A DNA stretch of 64,000 bases from Deltaproteobacteria bacterium (lineage in GTDB: Bacteria > Bdellovibrionota > FAC87 > UBA2466): assembly GCA_016196825.1 (NCBI GenBank), contig JACPWY010000007.1, forward strand, positions 2,468 through 66,467. Direction: 5' to 3'. The notes beneath the pieces are model-generated. The model had not been told where the DNA came from. It saw nothing but the letters and a program-made list of their open reading frames with translations, and searched no databases. Shown here one piece after another: positions 40,238-49,003 of the stretch (positions are counted from its first letter, which is position 1; the number at the start of each line of letters is the position of its first letter). A program made the translations under genes and the position numbers.

Positions 40238-40876
40238 ATGATGAGCAACAAAGTGTTAGGGCTTTTGCTTTTGGGTTTATCGCGCGCTGCAATGGCCGCT
40301 ACGGTCATCCCCGCTACAGACATCCCCGGTGGGATGACTCGATCCGCTGAGCGATTCGCGGTGGGTTCCTATCAATTGGTTGTGAGTCCGGCGATGACCA
40401 TATCACCCGGCGGTGCCTACCTCACTTCGGAGCTCCGACACCAGACCAACGAAGAGATGGGGGTGGGTTTTGGATTTGGCGCCGGAGAGATCGGATTCAA
40501 TTTTGGATTTAATGGCGTCTGGCACCTAATGCCCGATTCGGGCAATCAGCCAGCGGTGGCGGTTCTCGGTGGGCTCTACCTCAACCGCATCGATAAACAG
40601 AATTGGTTCGCTCTGAGACTGGCGCCGATGATCAGTAAGGCCTACACGATGGATTGGGGGCGGTTGACTCCGTACGCCGCGCTGACGCTGACCCCTTCGT
40701 TCCGGCTCGGAGAGGCGCAAAATGGCTTTTCGACCAAGGCCTCGATGGGCACGGAGTTCAATTTCGCCGAGATGAAGGGCGTGAGATTCTGGACTGAAAT
40801 CGGAGTGGGCCTCGTCAACAGCGAGCACGAAGCCGTTCTCGGCATCGCCTACCCCTTCGATGAACTCGCCGGCTAG
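40238..40876 (+). CDS. Small outer-membrane beta-barrel-like protein, unknown function
   Basis: Signal peptide MMSNKVLGLLLLGLSRAAMA. Alternating Gly/aromatic-rich strands, with an aromatic-rich C-terminus. Confidence 0.45.
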   Translation: MMSNKVLGLLLLGLSRAAMAATVIPATDIPGGMTRSAERFAVGSYQLVVSPAMTISPGGAYLTSELRHQTNEEMGVGFGFGAGEIGFNFGFNGVWHLMPDSGNQPAVAVLGGLYLNRIDKQNWFALRLAPMISKAYTMDWGRLTPYAALTLTPSFRLGEAQNGFSTKASMGTEFNFAEMKGVRFWTEIGVGLVNSEHEAVLGIAYPFDELAG

Positions 40877-40882
40877 TCTTCG

Positions 40883-40926
40883 AAAGGTACGGACTACCTT
40901 TGGGGAAAGGTAGGTTGGGTGTTTTT
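40883..40926 (+). terminator. Weak rho-independent terminator candidate after the OMP gene
   Basis: Stem aaaggta / taccttt with a 5-nt loop directly after the stop. The T-run (ttttt at 40922-40926) is about 20 nt away, so the call is weak. Confidence 0.25.
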
Positions 40927-41079
40927 GAGAGTTGCTTTTGTCCTCCTTTTCGCCGCGGCTGGCGCCAGTGGCGCGTACCATTCCTTCTCGTTTGACTCGC
41001 GCTATCTTTCTGGTGGCAACTCGAACGATGCCGCGGGAAACTTTGGGCCCGAGTCACTTGGGCCTATTGAAAATTTGTG

Positions 41080-41439
41080 TTAGGGCCAAACCCACTGACC
41101 CAGTCGCATGCCGGCGAAGGCCAGGAGCACGCCGAAAATGGGTGCGAGGACGACATACGCTGCGGCGGCCGTGAATTGGCGATTCTCCCACAACAGCACG
41201 CTCTCAAGGGAAAAGGCCGAGAAGGTTGTGAAGCCACCCAAAAAACCCACGCAAAGAATCGAGACCCATTCTCTAGGAATCCGGCGGGAGAGAGCTAAGG
41301 CCCAGACAATACCAATCGCCAATGAACCGAGAAGATTGATGAGTAACGTGGCGTAAGGGAAACCGTCCGGCCAGCTGATGAACTTGGCCAACGCCCAGCG
41401 GGAGAGGACACCGAAAACGCCGGCCACTGCGAGTAACAT
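41080..41439 (-). CDS. crcB: Fluoride ion channel CrcB/FluC
   Basis: 119 aa, four TM helices, signature GFLGGFTTFSAFSLE. Confidence 0.85.
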   Translation of the reverse strand: MLLAVAGVFGVLSRWALAKFISWPDGFPYATLLINLLGSLAIGIVWALALSRRIPREWVSILCVGFLGGFTTFSAFSLESVLLWENRQFTAAAAYVVLAPIFGVLLAFAGMRLGQWVWP

Positions 41440-41567
41440 GTGTCTATCTTAGCAAAAAAAAGGGGGCGAATCGAAATCCAAAGTCTTGGGGGCGAGGCTC
41501 AGGCCAGATTCCGAGCCGCCGTGAGGAGTCAACTTTTGATCGATAGTGGAAGTAAGGCTTTTTGTTA

Positions 41568-42260
41568 TCATTCCGCGCCAGGTATTGTTCGCGTATAGAC
41601 GCAGTAATTGAGTGTTTCTCCACGGGGAATAATGCGACCGAAGAGTCCGCAGCCGTTGTCTTGGGTGCAGAGTCTTTCCACAGCAAAGCCGGCTCCTGAG
41701 AATGAGTCGTGATCTCTTAGCTGGAAGGCATCGACACTATTGGATTCAACCCAACTGTCATGGAAGCTTTTGAACTGCGAGAGTTTGCTCGAGTTGCTCA
41801 CCCGCTTCATGATGACATTGTAATCGGAGGCGAGACCGCGCAACAGCTCATGATGGCGCGCCCGCATGTGGGCCGTTCCAATTTCCAGATCATTCACATC
41901 CCAAACGGGCACGACCCTGAGTTTCTTATCCACTACATAGGTGTTGAGAGATGAGCGTTCCGGTGACTCGAGCTCGACCGAGTTCCAGCACCAACCAGTG
42001 TAGACGGTCTCTCTCGCGTGGCTCCTCAACTGCGGCCTGGCGGCCTGGTCGAAGGTCTCCTTGACCAACGCGAAGCTGCTCACGTTGTTGTTCTCCATCG
42101 CCTTGATGATCTGAGCGCCCGCATCGTCCTCAGCTTTACGAGCGCTCCACAGCCTCATGAGTACGCTGTCAGCGGGGCCGTTCTCACCGCCCACACCACG
42201 GCCAACGAGCGCCGCGAGCAGCAAGACAACGCAGCATGTTATTCCGCGAGTAAACATCAC
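41568..42260 (-). CDS. Secreted hypothetical protein
   Basis: Signal peptide MMFTRGITCCVVLLLAALVG. No known motif. Confidence 0.45.
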   Translation of the reverse strand: MMFTRGITCCVVLLLAALVGRGVGGENGPADSVLMRLWSARKAEDDAGAQIIKAMENNNVSSFALVKETFDQAARPQLRSHARETVYTGWCWNSVELESPERSSLNTYVVDKKLRVVPVWDVNDLEIGTAHMRARHHELLRGLASDYNVIMKRVSNSSKLSQFKSFHDSWVESNSVDAFQLRDHDSFSGAGFAVERLCTQDNGCGLFGRIIPRGETLNYCVYTRTIPGAE

Positions 42261-42450
42261 ATTCTCTGCTTCTGCTTTCGGTGGAAATGCGAACTATTTA
42301 GGCCTTCTTGTCGTCGGTGCGAATTCTGAGGCTAGTCGTAACATGTAGTCGCATTGGGTTAACTGAACGCGTTATCATTTTTTGACAGGGTTGATGAGGT
42401 GTGTCATCGGGTTCGCTCCTGCTGAGCGCGAGAACGTCCGAAAGAGGATC

Positions 42451-42633
42451 ATGATTCTCGTGTTAGCTTTGGCGGCGATTTTGGGGTGGGCGAACCCTTC
42501 TCCGACCCCAACTCCGACCGAAGATTTCGAGGAATACAAGGCCTACTGGAAGAGTTTCAAGGTACACATCGAAGCTCCGGTCGACGAAAAACCCTTTGAG
42601 GAATTTAAGCAGTCTTTTCTCAGGGGCATTTAA
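42451..42633 (+). CDS. Possible small secreted protein (about 60 aa)
   Basis: MILVLALAAILGWANPSPTPTPTE... is signal-like. It is short and overlaps the GH1 stop by 4 bp. Low confidence. Confidence 0.25.
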   Translation: MILVLALAAILGWANPSPTPTPTEDFEEYKAYWKSFKVHIEAPVDEKPFEEFKQSFLRGI

Positions 42634-44000
42634 AGAGATTCTTGGTTACAGAGTGTTTCTAGGGTTGAAACAGAAGGAGCGCTGTATCCATGCGCCGCAA
42701 TGATTTCGCGGTAGAGCTGGCCCGATCGGCGGATGGAACGTTTTTGTGTTTTGTAGTCGACGGCGCAAAGGCCGAAGCGGGGGCCGAAGCCCTTGACCCA
42801 CTCGAAGTTGTCGAGCAGTGACCAATGAAAATATCCGCGGAGGTCGATGCCTTCCGTGATCGCCTGGGCCACCTGAGTGAGGTGGGAGAAGAGATAGTCG
42901 GGTCGGAGATCATCATCATGATCGGCGATTCCGTTTTCGGTGATGTAAAGCGGCACACCATAACCTTTGAGGAAGTGGCACATGTCACCGAGGCCAGTAG
43001 GATGAATGGCCCAACCGAGATCGGATAGACGGTCGCCCTTTTTGGAAAAGACAATTCCCACCGGGGAGCTTGAGGCCGTGGGGAAAAGGTCGGGGCTGTC
43101 GCCGTGGTTGAATGGGCGACAGGCCACAAAGACGCGTGTGTAGTAGTTGACGCCGAGAAAATCGACCGTTTTACGGCCGCGGGCCTGCGGGACCTGAGCG
43201 GCCATGGGGATGATGCCGAGCACGCCGAAGTGCTGTTCGTTGCCTGTGACGGCGTCGGGCCAGCTGCGGTTGTAGAAGCGGCGAAAAAGACTGGTAACCA
43301 TGCGGTCAATGGGATGAAGCGTTCGGAGCGGGTGGAAATCGATCATGTTGTGCGCGATTCCGACCGCGATAGGGTGATCGCGGAAGGGGCCTTCGCGTTT
43401 TTGGATCTTGGAATGGATGATGTCGTAGGCCTGCACGTGCGCGCGCAACAGATTGCGTGAGGCTTTCGAGACCGAGCGAGGAGAGTAGGTTGCCGGCGGC
43501 ATGTAGCTCGCGATGTATTGCCCGACCACAAGCGTATTAGGTTCGTTGAGGGTGCACCAAAGCGGCACTCGTTTGCCGACGCGCTCAACCACGCGCTTCA
43601 CATAACCAGCAAACCAATTGGCGCTCTTTTCCGTTGTGAATCCACCCTCTCGGGCAAACCACAGAGGGGTTGTGAAATGGTGGAGCGTGAGCATCGGGAT
43701 CAGGTTTCGTTTTTCGCACTCCCCGATCAGATTCTCATACCAATCGAGGGCCTCTTTGTTCCAACGACCACACTCGGGCTCTATGCGAGACCACTCCACA
43801 CTGAACCGATAGCTGTTGAGCCCCAAATCTCGGGCGAGATCGAGGTCTTCGGCGAAGCGATTCCAGTGATCGCAGGTCAGGCCCGAGCCCTCGCCCCCCT
43901 CGATATTTCCCTGGGATTCCCAATCCCACCAATCATTGTGGATGTTGTTGCCTTCGATCTGGTGGCTACTCGTGGCCGCTCCCCAAAGAAAAGCTGTCAT
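42630..44000 (-). CDS. Glycoside hydrolase family 1 beta-glucosidase
   Basis: The N-terminus FLWGAATSSHQIEGN is the GH1 signature. Acid/base TLNEP and nucleophile ITENG are both present. Confidence 0.9.
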   Translation of the reverse strand: MTAFLWGAATSSHQIEGNNIHNDWWDWESQGNIEGGEGSGLTCDHWNRFAEDLDLARDLGLNSYRFSVEWSRIEPECGRWNKEALDWYENLIGECEKRNLIPMLTLHHFTTPLWFAREGGFTTEKSANWFAGYVKRVVERVGKRVPLWCTLNEPNTLVVGQYIASYMPPATYSPRSVSKASRNLLRAHVQAYDIIHSKIQKREGPFRDHPIAVGIAHNMIDFHPLRTLHPIDRMVTSLFRRFYNRSWPDAVTGNEQHFGVLGIIPMAAQVPQARGRKTVDFLGVNYYTRVFVACRPFNHGDSPDLFPTASSSPVGIVFSKKGDRLSDLGWAIHPTGLGDMCHFLKGYGVPLYITENGIADHDDDLRPDYLFSHLTQVAQAITEGIDLRGYFHWSLLDNFEWVKGFGPRFGLCAVDYKTQKRSIRRSGQLYREIIAAHGYSAPSVSTLETLCNQESL

Positions 44001-45127
44001 CGCGGAGTGACCAACCCGCCCGGGAGAATCTTGAGATCATTGCCGCGCCAATTGATGCGCGAGCCAAGGAGAGACTGCATCCAGATGCCGAGGGAGACTG
44101 GTTCGCGGATAAGCCAATCGAAAAAAAAGGTCCAACCCATCTTGTGTTCCATCCTTATATAGACGGCCATGTCACAGAGTAACCAGATGACCAGATGCGC
44201 AGAGAAAAAAATGGCTGGCGAAACTGAAAAGAGAGTGGCGATCGCAACGAGTCCTGAGCCGAGGCCGAAAAATGGACTGAGAAGCGGTTCGATGAGAAAC
44301 GTGAGCGGAGACTGAGCCTTTCGGATGCGCCCCCAGCGAATGTGGCGCGACCAGAATTTTTGCAGAGTGAGCGGTCCGATGTACTGCTCGATCGGCTCAT
44401 TCATGACGGCGATCTTCATGCCGAGCCGGCGAATCGCAACGCCCGCCATATAATCCTCGGCGATGTAGCGCGAGAGGGTAGAGAGGCCGCCAATGCGCGC
44501 CATCGTGGATCGGCGAAAAACCATGAGCTTTCCAACGACAAAGGGCCAGCCGATGATGGCGGCGAAATACATCCAGCGCGCGTAGAAGCCATTCAAAAAA
44601 AGACATTCGAGTCGGCCGCCGATGAGTCGCCCTTCGCGCCCAGACACAACGGACGTCACGACGCCGACATTAGGTTTGAGATACGTGACGATTCTGTGAA
44701 GCATGTCCCGGGAGGTGCGGGTGTTGCTGTCGCTCACCCAGATGGTGTCGTGCGAGGCGTTCTCGTACGCCTCGAGCATATTGTTCACCTTCGGGTTCGG
44801 GCCGATATGAGCGGAGCTGATGATGATGTTGGCGTCCACGAAGGGGTATTTTCGACAGAGATTCTCAATCACCGCCTGGGCGCGATCACCCGGCTGGAGG
44901 CAGAAGAGGATTTCGAAGAGTGGGTAGTCGAGCTGGAAATAGGTCTCAACACCCTCCTCAAAGCCGGGGTCGATTCCTTTGATGGGCTTGATGATGGAGA
45001 CGCCGACGATCTCCGTGTCATCGATCAAGTCGGAACGCCGATAACAGACAAGCGTGATGAGAGTGGACAGGAACTGGGTGCCGATGCCGAAGGCCCAGAG
45101 GAAAAAAGCTGACCACGCCAGAATCAT
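43997..45127 (-). CDS. GT21-family glycosyltransferase, homolog of eukaryotic ceramide glucosyltransferase (UGCG)
   Basis: Blocks colinear with human UGCG:
- VGVSIIKPIKGIDP (UGCG PGVSLLKPLKGVDP).
- ETYFQLDYP (ETFFELDYP).
- NPKVNNM (NPKINNL).
- IWVSDSN (IWICDSG).
- YIAEDYMAG (YIAEDYFMA).
- Q..RHIRW (QSRMIRW).
Its stop/start overlap both neighbours by 4 bp. Confidence 0.8.
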   Translation of the reverse strand: MILAWSAFFLWAFGIGTQFLSTLITLVCYRRSDLIDDTEIVGVSIIKPIKGIDPGFEEGVETYFQLDYPLFEILFCLQPGDRAQAVIENLCRKYPFVDANIIISSAHIGPNPKVNNMLEAYENASHDTIWVSDSNTRTSRDMLHRIVTYLKPNVGVVTSVVSGREGRLIGGRLECLFLNGFYARWMYFAAIIGWPFVVGKLMVFRRSTMARIGGLSTLSRYIAEDYMAGVAIRRLGMKIAVMNEPIEQYIGPLTLQKFWSRHIRWGRIRKAQSPLTFLIEPLLSPFFGLGSGLVAIATLFSVSPAIFFSAHLVIWLLCDMAVYIRMEHKMGWTFFFDWLIREPVSLGIWMQSLLGSRINWRGNDLKILPGGLVTPR

Positions 45128-45885
45128 GCCGCTGTCCGATCGTAGAAGACGACCTCCAGCTGCTGACTCTTGATGCTTTGGAGGATGGCCTCTCGAGTTT
45201 TTTCACAATGAAGCTTTGTCTTGTAAGACCGTATCTGGCGGCGGTCGTGGAGATCGCTTGAGGCGATCTTGGGGAGGCTCTCGTTCTTCACGGCCTCGAA
45301 GAGGATGGAGCCGCTCGCCACTTCCCAGGCGTCAAACAATGTCTTGAGCTCCTCTTTGCGATCCCAGAGGTGAAAGGTCTGCTTTTCAAACTTTCCCGAG
45401 AGCACGGGGTGGGCAGCGATGCTGAGCCCGCCTTGGGCTCGAATTCTTTTGCACAGGTCGGCGACATCCCCGTCGGCCGAGATATAGTCATCTACCCCGA
45501 GGCCCAAGAGATGCGCGGACCGGTGGTTAGAAAGAGAATTCTTGCTGAGCTCAAAGCCGGGGATGACGATCATCTGGTACTGCTCCCAGGCCCGGATCGT
45601 CTCCGATTGCAGAATGGCCCTATAGAGGGGGAAGGTGGCCGGCGTGAGGACCTGGTTGAGCCACTGCGAAGCCTTACCGATAATCGAGCCCTCTTCGGCG
45701 ATGTGATCCGTGATAGCGATGGCGCCAAATCCATGGGACCCGTAAAGGTCGATCACTTCGGGAATGGAATGGCGACCATCGCTAAAGTTTGAGTGGACAT
45801 GAAAATCGGCTAAGAACGACGCCTTCATGCATGAACAGTATCGGCAACGAATGTCAGGGCCGTGTTGGGGCCTGGTTAGGTTCAA
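45124..45885 (-). CDS. PHP-domain metal-dependent phosphoesterase
   Basis: FLADFHVHSNFSDGRHS...ITDH is the PHP His-cluster. Confidence 0.75.
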   Translation of the reverse strand: MNLTRPQHGPDIRCRYCSCMKASFLADFHVHSNFSDGRHSIPEVIDLYGSHGFGAIAITDHIAEEGSIIGKASQWLNQVLTPATFPLYRAILQSETIRAWEQYQMIVIPGFELSKNSLSNHRSAHLLGLGVDDYISADGDVADLCKRIRAQGGLSIAAHPVLSGKFEKQTFHLWDRKEELKTLFDAWEVASGSILFEAVKNESLPKIASSDLHDRRQIRSYKTKLHCEKTREAILQSIKSQQLEVVFYDRTAA

Positions 45886-45895
45886 ATTAAGCAGC

Positions 45896-48800
45896 CTAAT
45901 CGACCACGGCTTTGGGGGTTGGGCTGAGTTTCCGACGGAGCCAGTCCACCGCTAAGAATGCAACCGGGACCACGACCAGGCTCAAAAAAGTCGAGCTGAC
46001 GAGGCCGCCGATGATGGTGATGCCCATGCTGACTCGTTGTTTAGACGCCTCGTTGAGGCCAATGGCGACTGGAAGCATGCCTGCGATGAGGGCGATGCTG
46101 GTCATGAGGATGGGGCGCAGGCGGACCTTCCCCGCCTCCACAATGGCGTCTTTTCTTTCCCAGCCCTCGCGGATGAGTTGGCTGGTGTAATCAACGAGTA
46201 AGATAGAGTTCTTGGTCGCAATTCCCAAGAGCATCACGCCGCCGATCATCGAATAAATGTCGAGCGATTGATGGGTCAGCTTGAGCGCGAAGAAGGCGCC
46301 ACACACGGCGAGAGGGAGCACCACCATAATCGACAAAGGTGTCGCGAAGGATTCATAAAGACTCGCCAGCACGAGGTAGATGAATAGGATCGCGAGTCCG
46401 ATCGCGAGCAGCATGTTTTCGATGAGCTCTTTGAAGCTCTCGGCCTGTCCGACGTATTGGTACTTGATGCCTGGCGGGAGTTTGTTTTCGCCGCTTGAGA
46501 CGAGCGTATCGATCTCTTTCATCACAGCGTTCATCCCCTCGCCACCGGGGGTCATATCGGCGCCGATCTGAACCGCCCGGCCGCGCTCTTGGCGCGAAAT
46601 CGTCGAGGGGCCGGTCGTTGAGACGGGGTGGGCCACGTTCGCCAGGCGAATGAGGCTCATGTTGACGTTGGGAACATAGATATTGGCAAAATCTTTACGG
46701 ATGTTCCGTTGGTCGGCCTGGAGGCGGACCCGGATATTGTATTCGCGGCCATTCTCACGATACACCGCCGGAGTCATCCCCTCGACCTGGGTTCTCAACT
46801 CCATTCCAATCGCGGCGCTCGAAACGCCGAGGCCCTGGCCCCGGGCATTGTCCCAGACTACTTGGAACTCAGGCTTTCCCGATTTGAAACTGAGCTCGAC
46901 GTCCTTGAGACCAGGGTTCTTTTTCAATTTCTCAAAAATTCCGGTCGTGTAGTCCTGGAGCTGTTTCAGATCATCGCCGACGAAGAGAACGTTGAAGGGG
47001 CGCTGTCCTCCGCCCATGCCGTCGTAGTCTTTCACGATCGGGTTGGCCGAATTGAAGGGCTTCACCTGCTCACGCAGATGATCTTTCACCATGGAGGTGG
47101 TGATGCCCTTGCGTTGTTTGGAGGGAACCAGCGTGACAAAGAAGGTGGCGACATTCGTCTCGCCCTCTGCGTTTCCGAGGATGAGTGTGGAGGCGGCCAC
47201 CTCTTTGTTGTCCCGGATCAGCTCGTCGATTTTGCTGGCGATGGCTTCGGTCGCATCCAAATTGGAACCCGGCTGGAGCTCTAGGGTGACGGAAAATTCG
47301 CCGTTGTCCTGCGGGGGCAGAAAAGTCTTGGGAACATACTTGGCAGTGATGATACTCAAGACAAAGATCCCGAACGCTCCACCTCCTACGACGAATGGGT
47401 GCCGCAGCGTAAACCTGAGCGCCACCTCATAGACCGACACGAGCCAATTTTGGAACCTTTCGAAAGCCGTGAGAAGAGGCCCCAAGGTGACCCGCCAGAC
47501 AGCGCCACCGTCCTTGTGCATTCCACCGCCGAAGTAGGCCGAAAGCATCGGGGCCATCGTGAGAGCGTCGAAGAGGCTAATAGCCATGATGAAGCAAACC
47601 GAAAGGCCGAACTGTTTGAAGAACTGTCCGACGATGCCTTTCAAAAAGCCAATCGGGCCAAACACGGCGATGACGGTCAACGTGGTGGCGATGACGGCGA
47701 GCTGAACCTCCTTCGCCCCTAGAGAAGCTGCCTCCATTGGTTTCTTACCGAGCTCCATGTGGCGAAAAATATTTTCGCGGACCACGATCGCGTCGTCGAT
47801 GAGAAGCCCCACGGCGAGGCTCAGGGCTAAGAGAGTCATCATGTTGATGGTGAAGCCGGCAAGGCTCATCAGAAAGAAAGCGCCGATGAGAGAGTTGGGA
47901 ATTGCGATGCCGGTGATGAGAGTCGATCGGACGTTTCCCAGAAAGAACAGCACGACGATCAGGGTGAGAACGATGCCTATGTAAATCGCGTCGGTCACGT
48001 CTTCGACGTTATCGCGGATGACCTTGGCACCGTCGCGAACGATCGAGACTTGGGGTGTGCCGGTCACGGTCTTCAGTTGAGCATTGATCGTCTTGATGCG
48101 TGAAGTGACAGCATCGGCCACTGCGATCGTGTTGGCGCCAGACTGTCGGAAGATGCTCAGAAAGACACCCTTCTTGCCGTTATTAAAGGTGCGGCTCGCC
48201 TCATCCTCAAGAGAGTCCACCACCCGGCCCAGTTCCTTCACGCGAACCGGGACTTCGTTGCCAGCGAAGCTTACGATGGTATTGCCGATCTCCTCCACCG
48301 ACTTAAACTCCGCAATGCTGCGGACTACAGTGTCGTTGCCGCCTTCGGCCACCTTCCCCGCAGGAATATTTTGCCCGGCTGCCCCCAGCCGACCAGAAAC
48401 CATGGACGCCGCCATCTCGTATTGTTTGAGCTTATTGCGATCCAGGAGCACTTGGATTTCTCTCTTACGACCACCCATCACGGCGACGAGACCGACGCTT
48501 GGGATCTGTTCGAGTTTGGGCCGGATCAGCTGATCGGCCACATCGTAGAGTTTGCCCTCATCGAGGTCAGCCGAGATCGAGAGAATCAAGATGGGCTGAT
48601 CGGCTGGGTCGAGGCGGCGGATCACGGGCTCCTTCACGTCCGCCGGAAGCTTGCGGCGCAATGAGGAAACGCGCTCGCGCACCTGCTGTTCAGCGTACTT
48701 CACATCGGTCTCGAGATAGAATTCAGCGATCGTGATGCCGAGGCTTTCTTTGTTGATCGAGCGCAGGGTCTTGATGCCGGCGAGTGTGCTCAGTTCATCC

Positions 48801-49003
48801 TCGATAGGCTTGGCGATGAGCGTTTCCACTTCAGACGGGCCGGCTCCGGGGTACGGAATCGAAACCACGATGACCGGGAAGGTCACGTCGGGGAAGAGGT
48901 CCACTGGCATTCGTTTGAGCCCCAGGAAACCCACGGCGAGCATGAGGATCACAAGGCATGTCATGAAGATGGGACGCTTAATGGAGAGGTCGATGATATT
49001 CAT
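45896..49003 (-). CDS. RND-family efflux transporter permease (AcrB/HAE1-like)
   Basis: 1035 aa with 12 TM helices. Typical N-terminus MNIIDLSIKRPIFMTCLVILMLAVGFLG and two large periplasmic loops. Confidence 0.9.
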   Translation of the reverse strand: MNIIDLSIKRPIFMTCLVILMLAVGFLGLKRMPVDLFPDVTFPVIVVSIPYPGAGPSEVETLIAKPIEDELSTLAGIKTLRSINKESLGITIAEFYLETDVKYAEQQVRERVSSLRRKLPADVKEPVIRRLDPADQPILILSISADLDEGKLYDVADQLIRPKLEQIPSVGLVAVMGGRKREIQVLLDRNKLKQYEMAASMVSGRLGAAGQNIPAGKVAEGGNDTVVRSIAEFKSVEEIGNTIVSFAGNEVPVRVKELGRVVDSLEDEASRTFNNGKKGVFLSIFRQSGANTIAVADAVTSRIKTINAQLKTVTGTPQVSIVRDGAKVIRDNVEDVTDAIYIGIVLTLIVVLFFLGNVRSTLITGIAIPNSLIGAFFLMSLAGFTINMMTLLALSLAVGLLIDDAIVVRENIFRHMELGKKPMEAASLGAKEVQLAVIATTLTVIAVFGPIGFLKGIVGQFFKQFGLSVCFIMAISLFDALTMAPMLSAYFGGGMHKDGGAVWRVTLGPLLTAFERFQNWLVSVYEVALRFTLRHPFVVGGGAFGIFVLSIITAKYVPKTFLPPQDNGEFSVTLELQPGSNLDATEAIASKIDELIRDNKEVAASTLILGNAEGETNVATFFVTLVPSKQRKGITTSMVKDHLREQVKPFNSANPIVKDYDGMGGGQRPFNVLFVGDDLKQLQDYTTGIFEKLKKNPGLKDVELSFKSGKPEFQVVWDNARGQGLGVSSAAIGMELRTQVEGMTPAVYRENGREYNIRVRLQADQRNIRKDFANIYVPNVNMSLIRLANVAHPVSTTGPSTISRQERGRAVQIGADMTPGGEGMNAVMKEIDTLVSSGENKLPPGIKYQYVGQAESFKELIENMLLAIGLAILFIYLVLASLYESFATPLSIMVVLPLAVCGAFFALKLTHQSLDIYSMIGGVMLLGIATKNSILLVDYTSQLIREGWERKDAIVEAGKVRLRPILMTSIALIAGMLPVAIGLNEASKQRVSMGITIIGGLVSSTFLSLVVVPVAFLAVDWLRRKLSPTPKAVVD

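Noticed and set aside
40148-40240. CueR/MerR-type operator upstream of copA
   Set aside because: I found only a short imperfect palindrome (gtcccatggcac). It has no 19-bp-spaced -35/-10 pair and no ACCTTCC/GGAAGGT dyad.
41440-41567. Fluoride riboswitch upstream of crcB
   Set aside because: The conserved riboswitch segments are not recognisable in the leader. This is kept only as a low-interest finding.
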